From the NCBI RefSeq assembly GCF_009914755.1, contig NC_060925.1: a stretch of 64,000 bases of DNA; one strand, given 5' to 3'. The translations under genes and the position numbers were made by a program. The notes under the pieces were generated by a model, which saw nothing but the letters and a program-made list of their open reading frames with translations, searched no databases and was not told where the DNA came from. Position 1 is the stretch's first letter. The number at the start of each line of letters is the position of its first letter. This DNA is from the human T2T-CHM13v2.0 reference genome, Homo sapiens. Below are positions 46,844 through 63,194 of this stretch, in pieces.

Positions 46844-47124
46844 AGGGATCTTTAACTCTGGTAATTTTTCAGAGAACTAAAGCATTTTTGTGATTCCATA
46901 AATTTTAAATATTTTACCATCTCTGTGCATTTACAAATAACTCTACTGGGTCTATTTCATCTCTTTTTCACTAAGGAGCAAGTGGTAATCAGTTTGACTA
47001 AGAGTTCAGATTAATTCTACGATGTCTTTTAGTGTATTTCACTGCTCTTGGCCCATGCAGTCCACTCTGAGCTGGGATATTAGCTTCAAATTTGGGTGCT
47101 CTCTTAAGGCTAAGTTTTAGGGTA

Positions 47125-48190
47125 GCATCAGGATAGGCTAGGTTACACTGTGGTAACAAGCAACCCCAAAACTCTCTGTGTTTGAAAGATGAAAGTTTAT
47201 TTTTTTCTAATACTACATGCTTAACTTGTGATGGCAGGGACAATGCTCATTAATGCTCATTCAGGCACCCAGGATGATGGAAGCATTATCATTTTACAAC
47301 ATTTCTATTTCAACATGAGGGTTCAGGGTTTGCTGTGACAGTGGAAATAAGCATGGAGGATAATGAGCTGGATCTTAAATGCACCTGCTCAGTAGTGGCA
47401 CATCATTTCTGTTCTCATTCCATTGGCCAAAGCAAGCCACTGGCTATGCCTAATTCCAAGAGAACAGAGAAGTATAATCCACAGTATTCCCAAAAGGAGA
47501 GAAGAGAAATATTGGGGAATATTTGTAATTCCTACCATAATCTAATAACTAAATACTAGATTCACCTTTTCCCCCACATCCAGAATACACTCCTTACCCT
47601 TGCTCCCTGCAAGAGAGAGAACTCCAAATCCCCATGAAACACTATGAACTAAAAAGAGGTACCTCTCCCTCTCTCCCTACCTTTCCTATAGACTAGGACA
47701 GGATAATGTCAATAAATGTTCACATTCTGTGAGAGGAAGAATGGTAGACACATAACAGTAACTGGTCTGGAGCAATTCTGAAAACTCACTAGGCATGTGT
47801 TGATTTCCTACATTGGAGGTAGAGAATATTCCCTGATTTAACTCCATTCAGATCTCTAGGAGAGTCTCCCAGTCCATTAATCCCCACAGCCCTTGGCTTG
47901 GTCCTCTAGGACGTACTTTCTTCTCTATTATCATCCTTGGCCATGAAGTGTGCTTTGAGTGATGCTGCCATCTCAATATGGGTCTTCGGGCTTTGCTGTG
48001 TCAGGAGAAGTGAAGAATCATACTCTGAATTTTAAATGCTTCTGCAATAAAGTGTATTATGTCATTTTGTTGGCCAAAAACAGATGAAAACTAACTGAAA
48101 TGGGTATGGGTAGCGTCATGTAATCCTCCCATGTGCTCAGGAGAGAAGAACTCAAATACATTGGTGAGCCTTGGTATTGTTTACCACACT
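47125..48190 (-). mobile_element. Old MLT1 (J/K-like) LTR and internal fragments
   Basis: aggataggctaggttacactgtggtaacaagcaacccc; cattccattggccaaagcaag. Confidence 0.6.
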
Positions 48191-48605
48191 TAGTTTCTGT
48201 TTATGCACTTACTTGCTTAAAGAGCAGAGTTCCAGCAGACAGACTAGGGCTCAGGGCTGGCTTGGCTATTTACTTTCCCTGAGAACTTAAATAAATTACT
48301 AACCTGTTAAATAAACCTCAGTTTCCTTATCTATAAAATAGAGATTATTAAGAGTACCTTCCTCCATGGGTGGCTCCAAGGATAAATGCACGTCAAGTAT
48401 ATAGCAAAGTGTGTGGCAAAGTAAATTCTCTCAAATGTTAGCTGTGGTGTTTACTACCCTCCTGATCACAACATTCAGTGCTGGAAAATTCTGGAAACTA
48501 CATTCTTCTCACAGAATAGGTGTTCTCTGCTGTGGGGTCTATAATCTACCCCCTGCTCCCACTGGATTATTGTTGAGTGTGATGGAATAATGAAGAGGGA
48601 TTTTC

Positions 48606-48906
48606 GTTGTTGTTGTTGTTGTTTGTTTGTTTGTTTTTCTAAGACAGAGTCTCACTTTGTAGCCCAGACTGAAGTGCAGTGGTGTGATCTGGACTCATTG
48701 CAACCTCCACCTCCTTGGTTCAAGCAATCCTCCTGCCTCAGCCTCCTGAGAAGCTGGGATTACAGGTGCCCACCCCTACACCTGGCTAATTTTTGTATTT
48801 TTAGTAGAGATGTGGTTTCACCATGTTGTTCAGGCTGGTCTCAAGCTCCTAACCTCAACTGATCTGCCAGCCTCAACCTCCCAAACTGCTGGGATTACAG
48901 GCATGA
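48606..48906 (-). mobile_element. AluS-type element with a (GTT)n tail
   Basis: TSD tgaagagggatttt/tgaagaggcatttt. Confidence 0.88.
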
Positions 48907-50518
48907 TGAAGAGGCATTTTATGAGTCTTTTGTTTGGCAGGGCTTCTTTCTGCAAGCCCCCATTTTTGTAGCACCATGACACTTGCTGCACAGCATCGTT
49001 AATCATCTTCTGGCACAGTAGTTAGGGAAATTTTATTTATTCACTTCATGCCCAGCATGGGGAGGGCCAACGACTCCCTTTAAGACCATGCATTTCATTG
49101 CTTGAGTCATTGAACACAATAGGACAATATACAAAGATTTCTGAGAAAACTGAATTTCAGCAAATTCAGGATAAATTATAGGAAATCAATGAATGATAAC
49201 ACCGTGAGGTTAAAAAGTACTCTCTTAAAAACATGTCCTTTGAGCCTTCTGGGTACTACTAATGACATCTTTTTTTTTAATATCTTGAAGCAAGATTTCA
49301 TAATAAAGAATGTTGTCTAATTCCTCTGCACCAATGGAAAAACACCTTCCTGACTCCCACAAAGCATTTGGGAAACCCATGATGTATAGGGCATTATAAT
49401 TATCACTTGGAATATGAAAATGTGGGAGATTGCTTCTTGTCCTCAAGGAATTTCCAATCCAGTGGGAAGAATACAGATGGGTGAGCTGAAAATTCCATAC
49501 AATGTGTTAAATACTCCAACCAAAGATTAAACAACATGAAATGGATTCTCAAACAAAAAAACAGCTTAGGTCTACCTAACTTAGGTTTACCTGCAGTGTT
49601 AAGATTTAGTTTAGTTGCCATGGCATGTGGGCTGAATTGATCATCAAAATGCAGTTGGTAATTTTGTACTGCGACGTATCTATACAGCTAAATCATGTTC
49701 AATTTATTATCTTGGGATAATAAACCAAACAGAGTTTTGGATCCTATGAGATCTTCCTTGGCCTTATTACATTTTATAACAGCAGGATAGCCTGTTACAT
49801 TCATTTTGTTTGTTTATTTTTCTCCTGGCCTTGTTTGTAAAGAACTGTATATAAAATAAAATACTCCATTGATTTATACATTGGCATCTGGCCATCCATA
49901 ATCAAAGACTATTCATAACCTCACCTTTCTAGTGTCACTTCCTCAGGAAACTCAGAGATAGATTGATGAATATTATCTATCAATTTGCCTTTCTTTTCAT
50001 TGGAAATATAGAAATATATATTATTTTGGCATGCTGAATTTGACCTTTTCCACACCAGTGTTTTATCTGCCTGGGACAAAGGGCGTAAAAGTCAGTAAAA
50101 AGCAGGTCAGAGGGGAAGACTACCGATGAGAAAGAAAGCTTGATTCAGAAGGGCAGTAGTGGCATTCACAGTGTTTTTGAAGTACTTAAGATATTGTACT
50201 TTCTCAAGAGAAACTGTCTTCAACAAGTAAAGAAGAATGTCAGGAAATTGTATGGCTCTTGGAAATAGCTCTCCATCAAAGAGTGATGAGAGAGCTTTCT
50301 GAAAGCATGAAGCTTATGGAGTGGGGAGCCTAGGTAATACCTAGACTGTCATCTCACAGACTTTCTGAGAGTTTGGTCATTATCTCAAAATTGATAAAAG
50401 ATCGTTAAATAAGGAATTAAACACAAATGTGGGCTACAGTCCAGCTGTCAAAAAGTAAGACAAATCTGACACCAGTGTCTAGTTAGACAAATGCGTAAAC
50501 TAGCCCGGCTAGCCTAGG

Positions 50519-50746
50519 CAGAGCAGCCACATAGGGCTGTGCGGGTTGTCAGGTGCACAGCAGCACCGCACTGAAGGGAATGTTATCCACATCACAGACC
50601 TGTGCATTTATTATTTTGGGGCAGATGGCAGTAAAGTGTCTCACTCTAATAAATCCATATGCTAGAACAATGTCCTCACAGGTGTCTCATGGAGGAGACT
50701 CCTTTTCTAATTTGCACCGAGCAGTGTGTGGAGTAGCAGCACCCTG
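50519..50746. mobile_element. Possible hAT-Tip100 (MER91-like) MITE
   Basis: Ends cagagcagcc ... gcagcaccctg; ccttttctaatttgcac motif. Confidence 0.4.
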
Positions 50747-51609
50747 GCTCCTGCTCAAAAATAATGAGTTCAGACATTCCTCAGCATTTTTTAGTGTTTG
50801 AGTCCATTCTGGCAGGATCGTGTCACCAAAACTCATTCGTTCATTTGGCAAACAACTAATTGAACATCTGCCGCATGCCAGCTACTGTTGCGGGCACTTG
50901 GACACAAGGGAGAAGAAAACAGACAAAACTTCCTGTCCTTAGAAATCTTTCCCTCCAAAGTGAACTTTGAACTGAGGAGTAGGAGTAACAGAGGACATGG
51001 AAAGAGTGGTGCAGAGGACCACGATCAGGCTTTTAGGACAAAAGATCCTGCGTTTATTCCCAGCTCCAGAATGGTATGGCCTCGGGCAATTTGACTCTTA
51101 GACTATTTCTCTACAGAAAGGTTAATAATACTTTCCTCATTGGGCTTGTTGGAAAAGTTAAAGATAAGATTCCCGAAAAACTCTTTTCATGTGGAGCTTA
51201 TGATGCAGAAAGTATACAATTGATGGTAATAATAGTTATTGTTGTAATTATTATCTAAGTGAGGATACTATCATGGACAATCCAATTCTGAAACTACTCC
51301 TGGACAGCAACATCTGCTAACTGAGGCTGCCCTGAAATGGAGGGAGGGTGTTAGAACTGGAAGTTTTATTTTATTCTGTGTAAAACTTGGTCTCTAAACC
51401 TCACTGAAGAAATCTAGGATAGCAAAAACAGGACAGACCTCATGACCTACGTGAGAAAAAAAGACTTAAAGAAATTTAAGACCCTAATAATCTCTATGGG
51501 AAATGGGTGTTGAAATGAGATTCATCTGAGATGGCAAAGCCATGCTTAGTTATGTTTCTATGTGTTTCCAGAGGGCATGAGTTTGATAGGAAAGAGAGAT
51601 TCAATCAGG

Positions 51610-52050
51610 AGGCTGTCGCAGGTCAGCTCCAGGAGGCCAACTCTGAGACAGGGATTTGCATGCAGGAGGATTGTTGAATGTGCTCCTAGGTTCAACAACT
51701 GTAGGAAGCAAGGAAAGCAGGATTGGGCAGAAGGGGAAATTAAACTGCGATGTATTGAAAGAGGCCTCACCTGAACTTATAGGAGCTCTGAAGCTGGTGG
51801 CTCTTCAGACTTAGCTAGAATTGGAAAGAGGGGGCCAGACTTTTATTCTCATTTGCCATCATTGAACTGTTAGTGCATGTAGTGTGTCCTTGAGGAGAGT
51901 GACCTTGAATGAAGTGACTCTTCGGAGGAAGGCAAATCCCACTGAGGGACTCAGCTGAGAGCTGCCAGCTGCCAACACACCCAGCAGCAGGGAAACAAAT
52001 GCTGCAATCCTGGAGGGAAAGAGCTGAGCAGAGCATCTACACAGAGGTGA
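51610..52050 (-). mobile_element. Old MLT1 LTR
   Basis: actctgagacagggatttgcatgcaggagg ... gagggactcagctgagagctgccagctgccaacac. Confidence 0.6.
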
Positions 52051-52886
52051 AGTCCACCTCCTGGGCAAACCCATCCATAAAGAATCCTGCAGACAGATGA
52101 GTTGGCGGCACTTCCTAATCTTATCCTCTTTGTGGCATATCAAAAATAATAATATGTGTACGGTGCATTGGGGTAAAAAATTAGGCTGCTTGTGGTCAGA
52201 AGGGACAGGCTCAGGGACTTCAGCTGCCTGCCACATGGCAACCAGACAGCCCTGAGGACTGAGGGGATCAAGGTTTCAGCAAACTCATTTAAATAACTTG
52301 AGCCTATGCACACTGCTTGGGAGGTGGTGAATTAAGGTCTTAAGGACAGGTTTTAGTGGGTGCAAAGATTATAGGAATCTTTTGGGAAAGGCATGTGGTC
52401 ACTAGTGTATAAGAAGTAGACATAATTCCTCCTGTCACATTTGTGTAAGGTTCACTCTTTGAGTACTTTAATTGTTACAAAATCAAAGGCTAGGCTCCAA
52501 CTAATGATGTCTTCACTTTGAATCTCCTCACCCCCAACAAAGGGTTTGAGACCCATGAAACCTCCCTGGGTCCAGAGACATGGATTTAGTTTCTCTGGGG
52601 CTGCCAATTACTTCAGAACCCAGAATTCAGTTCATTATTATGTAGCCTAATTGAGGTGCCCCTAAAATACATTATTGATTCTTTTCTCTTTTTTTTTTCC
52701 ATCTGTGCTGCTCATTACAAAATGATGAAAGGTGGAGAGCTCTGCTATGTGCTATGGCTCATGGTCTCTGTCTGACTGCTGTTGTCCATCACATATATGC
52801 AAGCCAATGCCCTGTTGACAATTCTGTTATTAAGCAACATGTCACACATTACAGCCTAGGATTGAAAATGTGTTTTGTTTGGCCCT

Positions 52887-53291
52887 TGTATTAGGCCAAT
52901 ATTATGTTGCTATAAAGAAATACCTGAGGCTGGGTAATTTATAAAGAAAATAGGCTTAACTGGCTTGTAGTTCTTCAGGCTGTATAAGCACAGCACCAAC
53001 ATCTGCTTGGCTTCTAGTGAGGGCCTCAGGAAGCTTACAATCATGGCAGATAGTGAAGTGGGATCAAGCATGTCACATGGCAAGACTGGAAGCAAGAGAG
53101 AGGAGAGGTTCTACATACTTTTAAACAATCAGATCTTGCATGAACTCACTCATCACCACGGGGATGACACTAGCCATTTATGAAGGATCCACCCCCCTGA
53201 TCCAAACGTCTCCTACCAGGCCCCACCTCCAACACTGGAGATTACATTTCAACATGAGATTTGGAGGAAACAAATATCCTAAGCATATCAG
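52887..53291 (-). mobile_element. MST-type MaLR LTR
   Basis: tgtattaggcc...gttgctataaagaaatacctgaggctgggtaatttataaagaaaa ... caacatgagatttggagg. Confidence 0.82.
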
Positions 53292-53398
53292 CCCTCATAG
53301 TGTTAGTTCATAACAGTATATATTTTTTAAATGTTAGTTTCCAGCTTAAAAAGAAATTGAGAGATTTATGAAACACTCAAAGGATCTGGAAAGGCTAG

Positions 53399-53753
<355 letters not shown>

Positions 53754-54431
53754 GGTATACCTTCTTGAGATGGGATTTGGACTCTCTGGTTTGTCTCAGT
53801 CTCCACCATGTCCTAATCTCTCCCTACCCAATTGCTTCAGTCATTTATGTTATTTGCTGAACCCTATAAGAGTTTGATGTTTGATTTGTACAAGTTTTTG
53901 GGGGGGTGCCTCGTGAGACTTCTAATAGGCATGAAGGAAAATGGTCAACATTAGTCTTGGGGACAAAATAGGTATTGTAATCGATTAGTATGACTTTGAG
54001 TCATCAGGTTTGAAGTGCGGCCAAGGTCGTGGGAGCCTATAGGTGGTATCCACCAGGAAAGAAGACAGCCAAGCAGCAGCTGCTGATGAGGGATGGCTGT
54101 GGAAATAGTGAGGTAGGGGAACCTTCCAATGAAACTCAGCAGCAAAGACCCATAGTCAGAAATAGGTTAATAACAGGCAGCTACTGAAAAATACGGGTCA
54201 GAGAGTTCAGAGGATGAGTCAAAAAACGGGTTCCAGGAACCTAGAATAAGAGGAGGGAGTGAAACTGGAAAGATACCCGCTTGCCTATGGGGGCCAACCA
54301 AGGGTTCCCCGACTTTGGTCTTTCCTCCTTTGTGTATCAGACTCTGCCTGTGATTTCTAAGGGTACATGGGCTCAGCCTCTTGCACCCTGAGGGACTCAT
54401 ACAGCTGATAAACAGAAAATCACTTTATTGA

Positions 54432-54861
<430 letters not shown>

Positions 54862-56084
54862 ATATTATTTATGTAAACAGTATAGGCACAAGAACAATTA
54901 AAATTTAAAATTAGGTAATACATGTTATTGGGTAACCACTGTAGACCAGCTCCAGGTAAGATAATGGATCAAACCAGCCCTCTCCCAATAGATATTACAT
55001 AGTATTATTGGACTCCCCAGGAAACTTGCTGCTCTTTTTCTCCTTCTGTACAGCTCCATACCTTTCACAAGCGGGAGGAGTTTTAAGTCATGTATTAGGT
55101 ACATGACTCACATGTCTTGTCTTTTGCATGAGATTTTTGAATACTCCTTGTATAACCATGGTTACACTGATCAAGCTCAGTCCCCTTCTCTGTCTCTTCT
55201 TCCCTTCCCTCTTGATCTCTCTCACTTGCCCGTCCTGCTATCTCCTTCTGCCAGCATCCACCTTATCTGCCCCTCTTACTTTTCTTGCATTTCTCTTCTT
55301 GTTGTTTTCCTGTTTCTCTGATTGACTGATAACTAGTTTCTGTTTGCTTGCTGGACTTTAGAGTTCATTCACATCCTGTGTGTGTCTCTCTCTGTTTTTG
55401 TTTCTTTGACGAGAAAAGCAGACCCTTAAGTCTCCAAGGAATTGGAGCTATAGAGGTTAGAACTCTCACTTCGGCCTGAGGACAGCTTACCCTTTCGTTC
55501 ACCTTTTGTAGGGGATAGGGATCTCCCTCTTTCCTACGGTTTTGGTGGCCTTTGGCTGGAAGTTTGGAGAATTAGGCTACAGCTATCAAATTAGTTATGT
55601 TTTGAGCTGTTTTGGCTCATCATTCTTATGTGTGCACCAGCCCCAATGCCCTGTCAACAGGTGAAGCCATGGAGTCAGTAAGAGACCAGGGTGTAGGTGT
55701 CTGAGAATTATTCCAACCAGCTGGGCCAATGAGACACATAGTTTGTATAAGAATAAACAAAAGAGACAAAAATAGCTTGAGAAAGACTAGGCAGAACTGT
55801 GAAGTTACTATAGCAAGAATCTATATAGAAAGAGAAAGGAATTTTACTTTGAAGATATTTTGTGGCCATCTGAGCAGAAGCTGCTCACGTATTCCTTCCA
55901 TTTGTGAACTAGAAGTGACCTTAATGACAGTTGATAGGAACAGCTCCTTATTCACAGGAATTAAATAAAGGGAAGCTGTAAGTGTTCCAAGTGCAAGCGT
56001 GTGGCTCAAATAAGCCCAGGTCTTAGCTGCCTGTGTGTTGAATGAGGTTGTATTAATATTAATTCCCAAATCTCAGTGGTTCCA

Positions 56085-56414
56085 CACCATGCTGGATGCT
56101 TCCTTCTGCTCCTCTTCCCCTTGGACCTCAGACTCCAGGTTCTTCAGCCTTTGGACTCTGGGACTTGCACCAATGGCTTGCTGGGGGCTCTTGGGCCTTT
56201 GGCCATGGACTGAAGGCTGCACTATCAACTTCCCTAGTTTTAAGTTTTTCTGACTTTCACTGAGCCACTACTGGCTTCTCTTCCCCAGCTTGCAGACAGC
56301 CTATCGTGGGACTTGACCTTGTGATTGTGTGAGCCAATTCTCCCTAATAAACTCCCTTCCACATATACATATATTTTATTAGTTTTGCCCCTCTGGAGAA
56401 CCCTGACTAATACA
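56085..56414 (+). mobile_element. MLT2A-type LTR, 3' part
   Basis: ccatgctggatgcttcc ... aataaactcccttcc ... gagaaccctgactaataca. Confidence 0.8.
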
Positions 56415-56419
56415 ATGAG

Positions 56420-57175
56420 AATCTCCCTGCCTGGGCAGAACATTGGGCAGGCTTTTTGTATGAGTGGAGCCACTGCTTACTTCCATGGTCAAGCAGGCCT
56501 GGTCACTACACTTCTCCAAAATGGGCAGAGGTGAGTATCATTGTGCCTGGGCAGGGTAACTGGGGAGGTCTCTGAGGCTGGGTATGGAGACTAGCTGTCT
56601 AGTCACTCAAGCTAGATTAACTTCTTGTTATGCTTCTGAAGGTCACCAGTTCAGCTTTGCAGATAGGCTATGAAGTTGATGGATATCTCTGATTGGGCAC
56701 CCCAGCTGGTAGGAACACAGGTATTACCAAGATCTGCATGCTAGTCACTATGACCTCTACTTCCTTTCTTTGTTCCTACTTAACCCTGGGTGGTCTAGCC
56801 ATTATTGCTACCTACAGTGTATCCCATAAGGTGAGACCAGAATGAATTTCCTGGAATACATCTCAGAATGCTAGGAAAGCTGGATGACTGCCTCTAGTCC
56901 TCTTTTCTCCCTGTATAAACTGTGGGCCCAAGCCATCTTCTCAGTCTGGTGTTGTGCAGGAGGAGGGAAAGGGGTGTCATGCTCAATTTGAGGCCATTCT
57001 TTTTAAACTTTGATTTCAGTTTTCATGCAGTTATGTGAAACATGGAATCTCAGGCTTGTATTCAAGTATTGGGGTTTTCAAAAAAGTATTCTGATCTGTC
57101 GGTAGTTGCTAGTTAAACATTGGGTGGGGAAGCAATGGAGCCTAAGACCTATTCTGTTTCTTGCTGGTGTCACTA
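56420..57175 (-). mobile_element. Old L1M 5'-end (5' UTR) fragment
   Basis: Ends cctattctgtttcttgctggtgtcact, typical of an antisense L1M 5' terminus. Confidence 0.55.
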
Positions 57176-57484
57176 AGGAGACTTTAAATGACTTGCACTG
57201 ACTATACCCTCTTCTCAGGATGTACATGAGAAAAGAATGTAATTATTTTCAAAGAATGACAAGAAAATTATATTTCTTATTTCCAATCTTTATTATTTCT
57301 TTTCCTACCATCAGCTTAGAAGTCCTTCCTTCATAAGAACAAAACAAACCAAAAAAAGAGCTTAACTTCAATCATGACATTTTTTGCAGCTGCAGCTCCT
57401 GTTCCACTTCCTTTCTTGTACTGCTGAACATCCAGATAGAGGCATTGACATGCATGGTTTCCAACTGATCACTTCCTACTCCCT

Positions 57485-59590
57485 TAAGGACCTCCTGTCA
57501 GGCAGGTATGGTGGTAATGAATTCCCTTAGCATTTCTTTTCCTTAAAAGGATTTTATTTCTCCTTCACTTATGCAGTTTAATTTGGCTGGATATGAAATT
57601 CTTGGTTGGAATTTATTTTCTTTAAAGATGCTGAATATAGGCCAGGCGTGGTGGCTCATGCCTGTAATCCCAGCACTTTAGGAGGCCGAGGCAGGCAGAT
57701 CACGAGGTCAGGAGATGGAGACCATCCTAGCTAACACGGTGAAACCCCATCTCTACTAAAAATACAAAAAATTAGCTGGGCATGGTGGCAGGCACCTGTA
57801 GTCCCAGCTACTCAGGAGGCTGAGGCAGGAGAATGGCATGAACACAGGAGGCAGAGCTTGCGGTGAGCCGAGATTGCGCAACTGCACTCCAGCCTGGGAG
57901 ACAGAGTGAGACTCCGTCAAAAAAAAAAAGATGCTGAATATAGGCTTCCAATCTCTTCTGGCTTGTGGAGTTTACTCTGAATAGTCAGCTGTCAGTCTGA
58001 TGGAGCAGGTGACCTGCTCCTTCTCTTTAGCTGCCCTTAACATTTTTTTCTTTCATTTCCACCTTGGAGAATCTGATGACTTTGTATCTTGTGGATGGCC
58101 GTCTTGTTTAGTATGTCACAGGGATTCTCTGAGTTTCTTGGATTTGAATGTCAATCTCTCTAGTGAGGTTGCGGAAATTTTCATGGATAATACTTTCAAA
58201 TATGCTTTCCAAGTTGCTTGTTCGCTCTTCCTCTCTTTCAAGTGTACCAATTTGTAGATTTGTTCTCTTTAAATAATCCCATATTTCTCAGAGGTTTTGT
58301 TCATTCATTATTCCTTTTTCTTTATTTTTGTCTGACTGAGTTGATGTGAAAACTGATCTTTGAGCTCTCAGATTCTTTCTTCAGCTTGGTTTATTCTGCC
58401 ATTAATACTTCTGATTGTATTATGAAAATCTTATAGTGAGTTTTTCAGCTCTATCAGATCAGTTTGGTACTTTCTTTAAAATGGCTCTTTCATCTTTTAG
58501 CTCTTGTAATGTTTTACTGGATTCCTTAGATTTCTTGGATTGGTTTTCACCTTTCTCCTGAATCTCATGATCTTCATTGCCATTCTGTATGGAATTCTAT
58601 GTCTGTCATTTCAGCCATTTCAACCTGGTTAAGAACCATTCCTGGGGAGCTAGCATGGTTATTTGGAAGTAAGAAGACACTGTGGCTTTTAGAGTCACCA
58701 GAGCTCTTTATATTCTCTGATGCTCTTAAGGGTTTGACTGTGGTGTAAGTTGGATTCAGTTGATTGGCTTTATTTCTGGACAATTTCAGGGGGCCAAGAC
58801 TCAGCTCAGGACTCCAGTGCTGCATGCGCTAACTTTGGGAAGTTGGGACCAGGCCCATGGCTTTGTTCTCTGGCCACTTGAGGTTAAGCACCTGCTCTGC
58901 TTGAGGGGCTGAGGTATTCCTGGTCCACTGCCAACAACAGTCCAATGGGCAGGGGTGGGGGGTGCTGGCAAAAGCACTTGATTGGGATGGCAAGGTCTGC
59001 TCATGTGCATGCACTGCTAAGGCAACTGGGGGAGGTTACAGATAGGTGCATGCCAGGGGTTGCGGGGGGCACTGTCTGCAGGAGCTCTCTGATGGTTTGT
59101 GGAGTCTACCAGTGAAGAAGCTATGGTAGTGGCTGCTGTGAAGTGTCCTGGTTGGGCATTGACACTGTGTTGCAAGCAGGTATGGCCAGGCAGGGACCCA
59201 GGGAAATGCTGGCAGACAGGGGGATGCTCAGATCAGACTGATCCTATCCCAAGGGCAAGATAACTCTTTTCTGTCCAAGTCCAATAGTCAAAGAAGGCCA
59301 GAGCTATCTAGAGGAGTGTGGAAACCTTGGGGATAAGTGTCCCTGGCTGTGTTCCACTGTAGCCATTCCCATGCAAAACCCTCTGGACTTCACACGAGTT
59401 GCAGTTACGTCCCTGATAAATCTCCAAGCAGCGCTTCTTGACATCTCAAATGTCCATGGGTGTTGTGGAGTCTCCTGAAGCTAAGATTCTGGAGGTCCAT
59501 GGCAAGACTGGGCCACTCCATACCTATTTAACTCACCTTTTCCTCTGGAGCCACTTGGGGCTAGAAGCAAGTATTGGTGCTAGGCCAAGC
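57485..59590 (-). mobile_element. L1 (L1PB/L1M-like) ORF1 + 5' UTR fragment, with an AluY insertion
   Basis: ggattttatttctccttcacttatg...ggctggatatgaaattcttggttgg; gtcagtctgatgg; GC-richer 5' UTR. Confidence 0.75.
57640..57926 (+). mobile_element. AluY-type element
   Basis: 16-bp TSD aaagatgctgaatata (57624-57639, 57927-57942) at a TTT/AAAG L1-endonuclease-type site. Confidence 0.92.
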
Positions 59591-59869
59591 TTCCTTTCTT
59601 TCTTTCTTTCTTTTTTTTTTTTTTTTTTTTGAGAAAGAAAACAGTTTTATTTTTAAAATAAATATTAAACCAGAGTGGGATGTATATCACAAGCAATCCA
59701 CTAAGAGCTTGCAAAGACAGAAAGGAATCTCCTTTTATAAAGCTAAATAGGTACAACCCATTACATTCATATTTTCAAAATAAAATTGCTAACATTCTAG
59801 TATCTTTTTGAGTGGAAGTAGATTTTGCAATTTGAAATCAGGTGAGGGCTGACAAATTTCCACATTCCC

Positions 59870-62110
<2,241 letters not shown>

Positions 62111-62129
62111 TAAATAAGATTTACTTATA

Positions 62130-63096
62130 CAGTAGGTCCCCAAATAATGTTGTTTCATTCACTGTCATTTCTTTATAGCATTGATGAGAAGACAAAAAAG
62201 CTCTCTGGCTGGAGCCACTCTCTATGTGGAATTTGCATGTTCTCCCCATGCCTGCACTGATATTCTCCCACATCCCAAAGCTGTGCACAGATTTTGTAGG
62301 TGCCCTAAATGAATTGGTGTGTCTGAATGGTTCCAGTCTGAGTGAATGTGGAGGTGTGTGTGAGGGCACCTTGTGATGGAAGATTGTCTTGTCCAGGACT
62401 GGTTCCCAGAAGAAGATTCAGCCACCCATGACCCTGAACTGGAATAAGCAGGTTGGAAAATAAATGAATACACAAATATAATTTATTGTCAAATAAAAAT
62501 TCATAAATGAGACCAAAATCATACAGATAAATGACAATAAGCAATGTGGTATAAAAACACTCAGCAAGCCTGCCCTATTTGCCACAGTTAGTTTTTAAAT
62601 TGCATGGTAATAGGAGGTGCTCCTTACAATTTTTGCTTTGCAAACATTTATCCTGGACTTAACCCTTCACCATGACAGCTGCTAATACTCACTGATTCGC
62701 CAAATTTGGGTAAATAATGATCTTACTTGTTTTTATTACTCTTTCTTAATTGTACATGTAGCTCTCTTTTATTTCATTGTTTAATATTAGAAGTGTTTTG
62801 GGTCTTTATTTAGAAGTCTGGTAAGTTTTTGTTACCAGAAATATGCCATGGGAACTTAACTCTTGTTTATACCAATTAGCCTAAGATAATAATGAATGAA
62901 ATAAGATAATAATGAAAACAATTATTGAAACAATTTATAATCGTTTTCATTATAAAACAAAAAACCAGTCCTGGACAAGACAACCTTCCATCACAAGGTG
63001 CCCTCACACACACCTCCACATTCACTCAGACTGGAACCATGATTTAAAGTCGTAGTTTCAAAGAACCTATTGACAACATTTAGTGAGGATTTGCTG
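62130..63096 (-). mobile_element. Second MER6, opposite orientation, with a templated inverted insertion at 62884-63040
   Basis: TA|cagtaggtcccc ... tagtgaggatttgctg; reverse-complement similarity to 24469-25497. Confidence 0.82.
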
Positions 63097-63194
63097 TGTT
63101 ATATTTAGGGTTGTCTCGATCTATCTCTCTTTCTTTTTCTTTTTTCCATATTCCAAATTGAGATTGGCAGTGAAGGCATTTTGTCTTCCACTCT

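Noticed and set aside
54940-55660. Possible ancient LTR (TG...CA-bounded, pyrimidine-rich)
   Set aside because: No TSD or confident family match by eye; left uncalled
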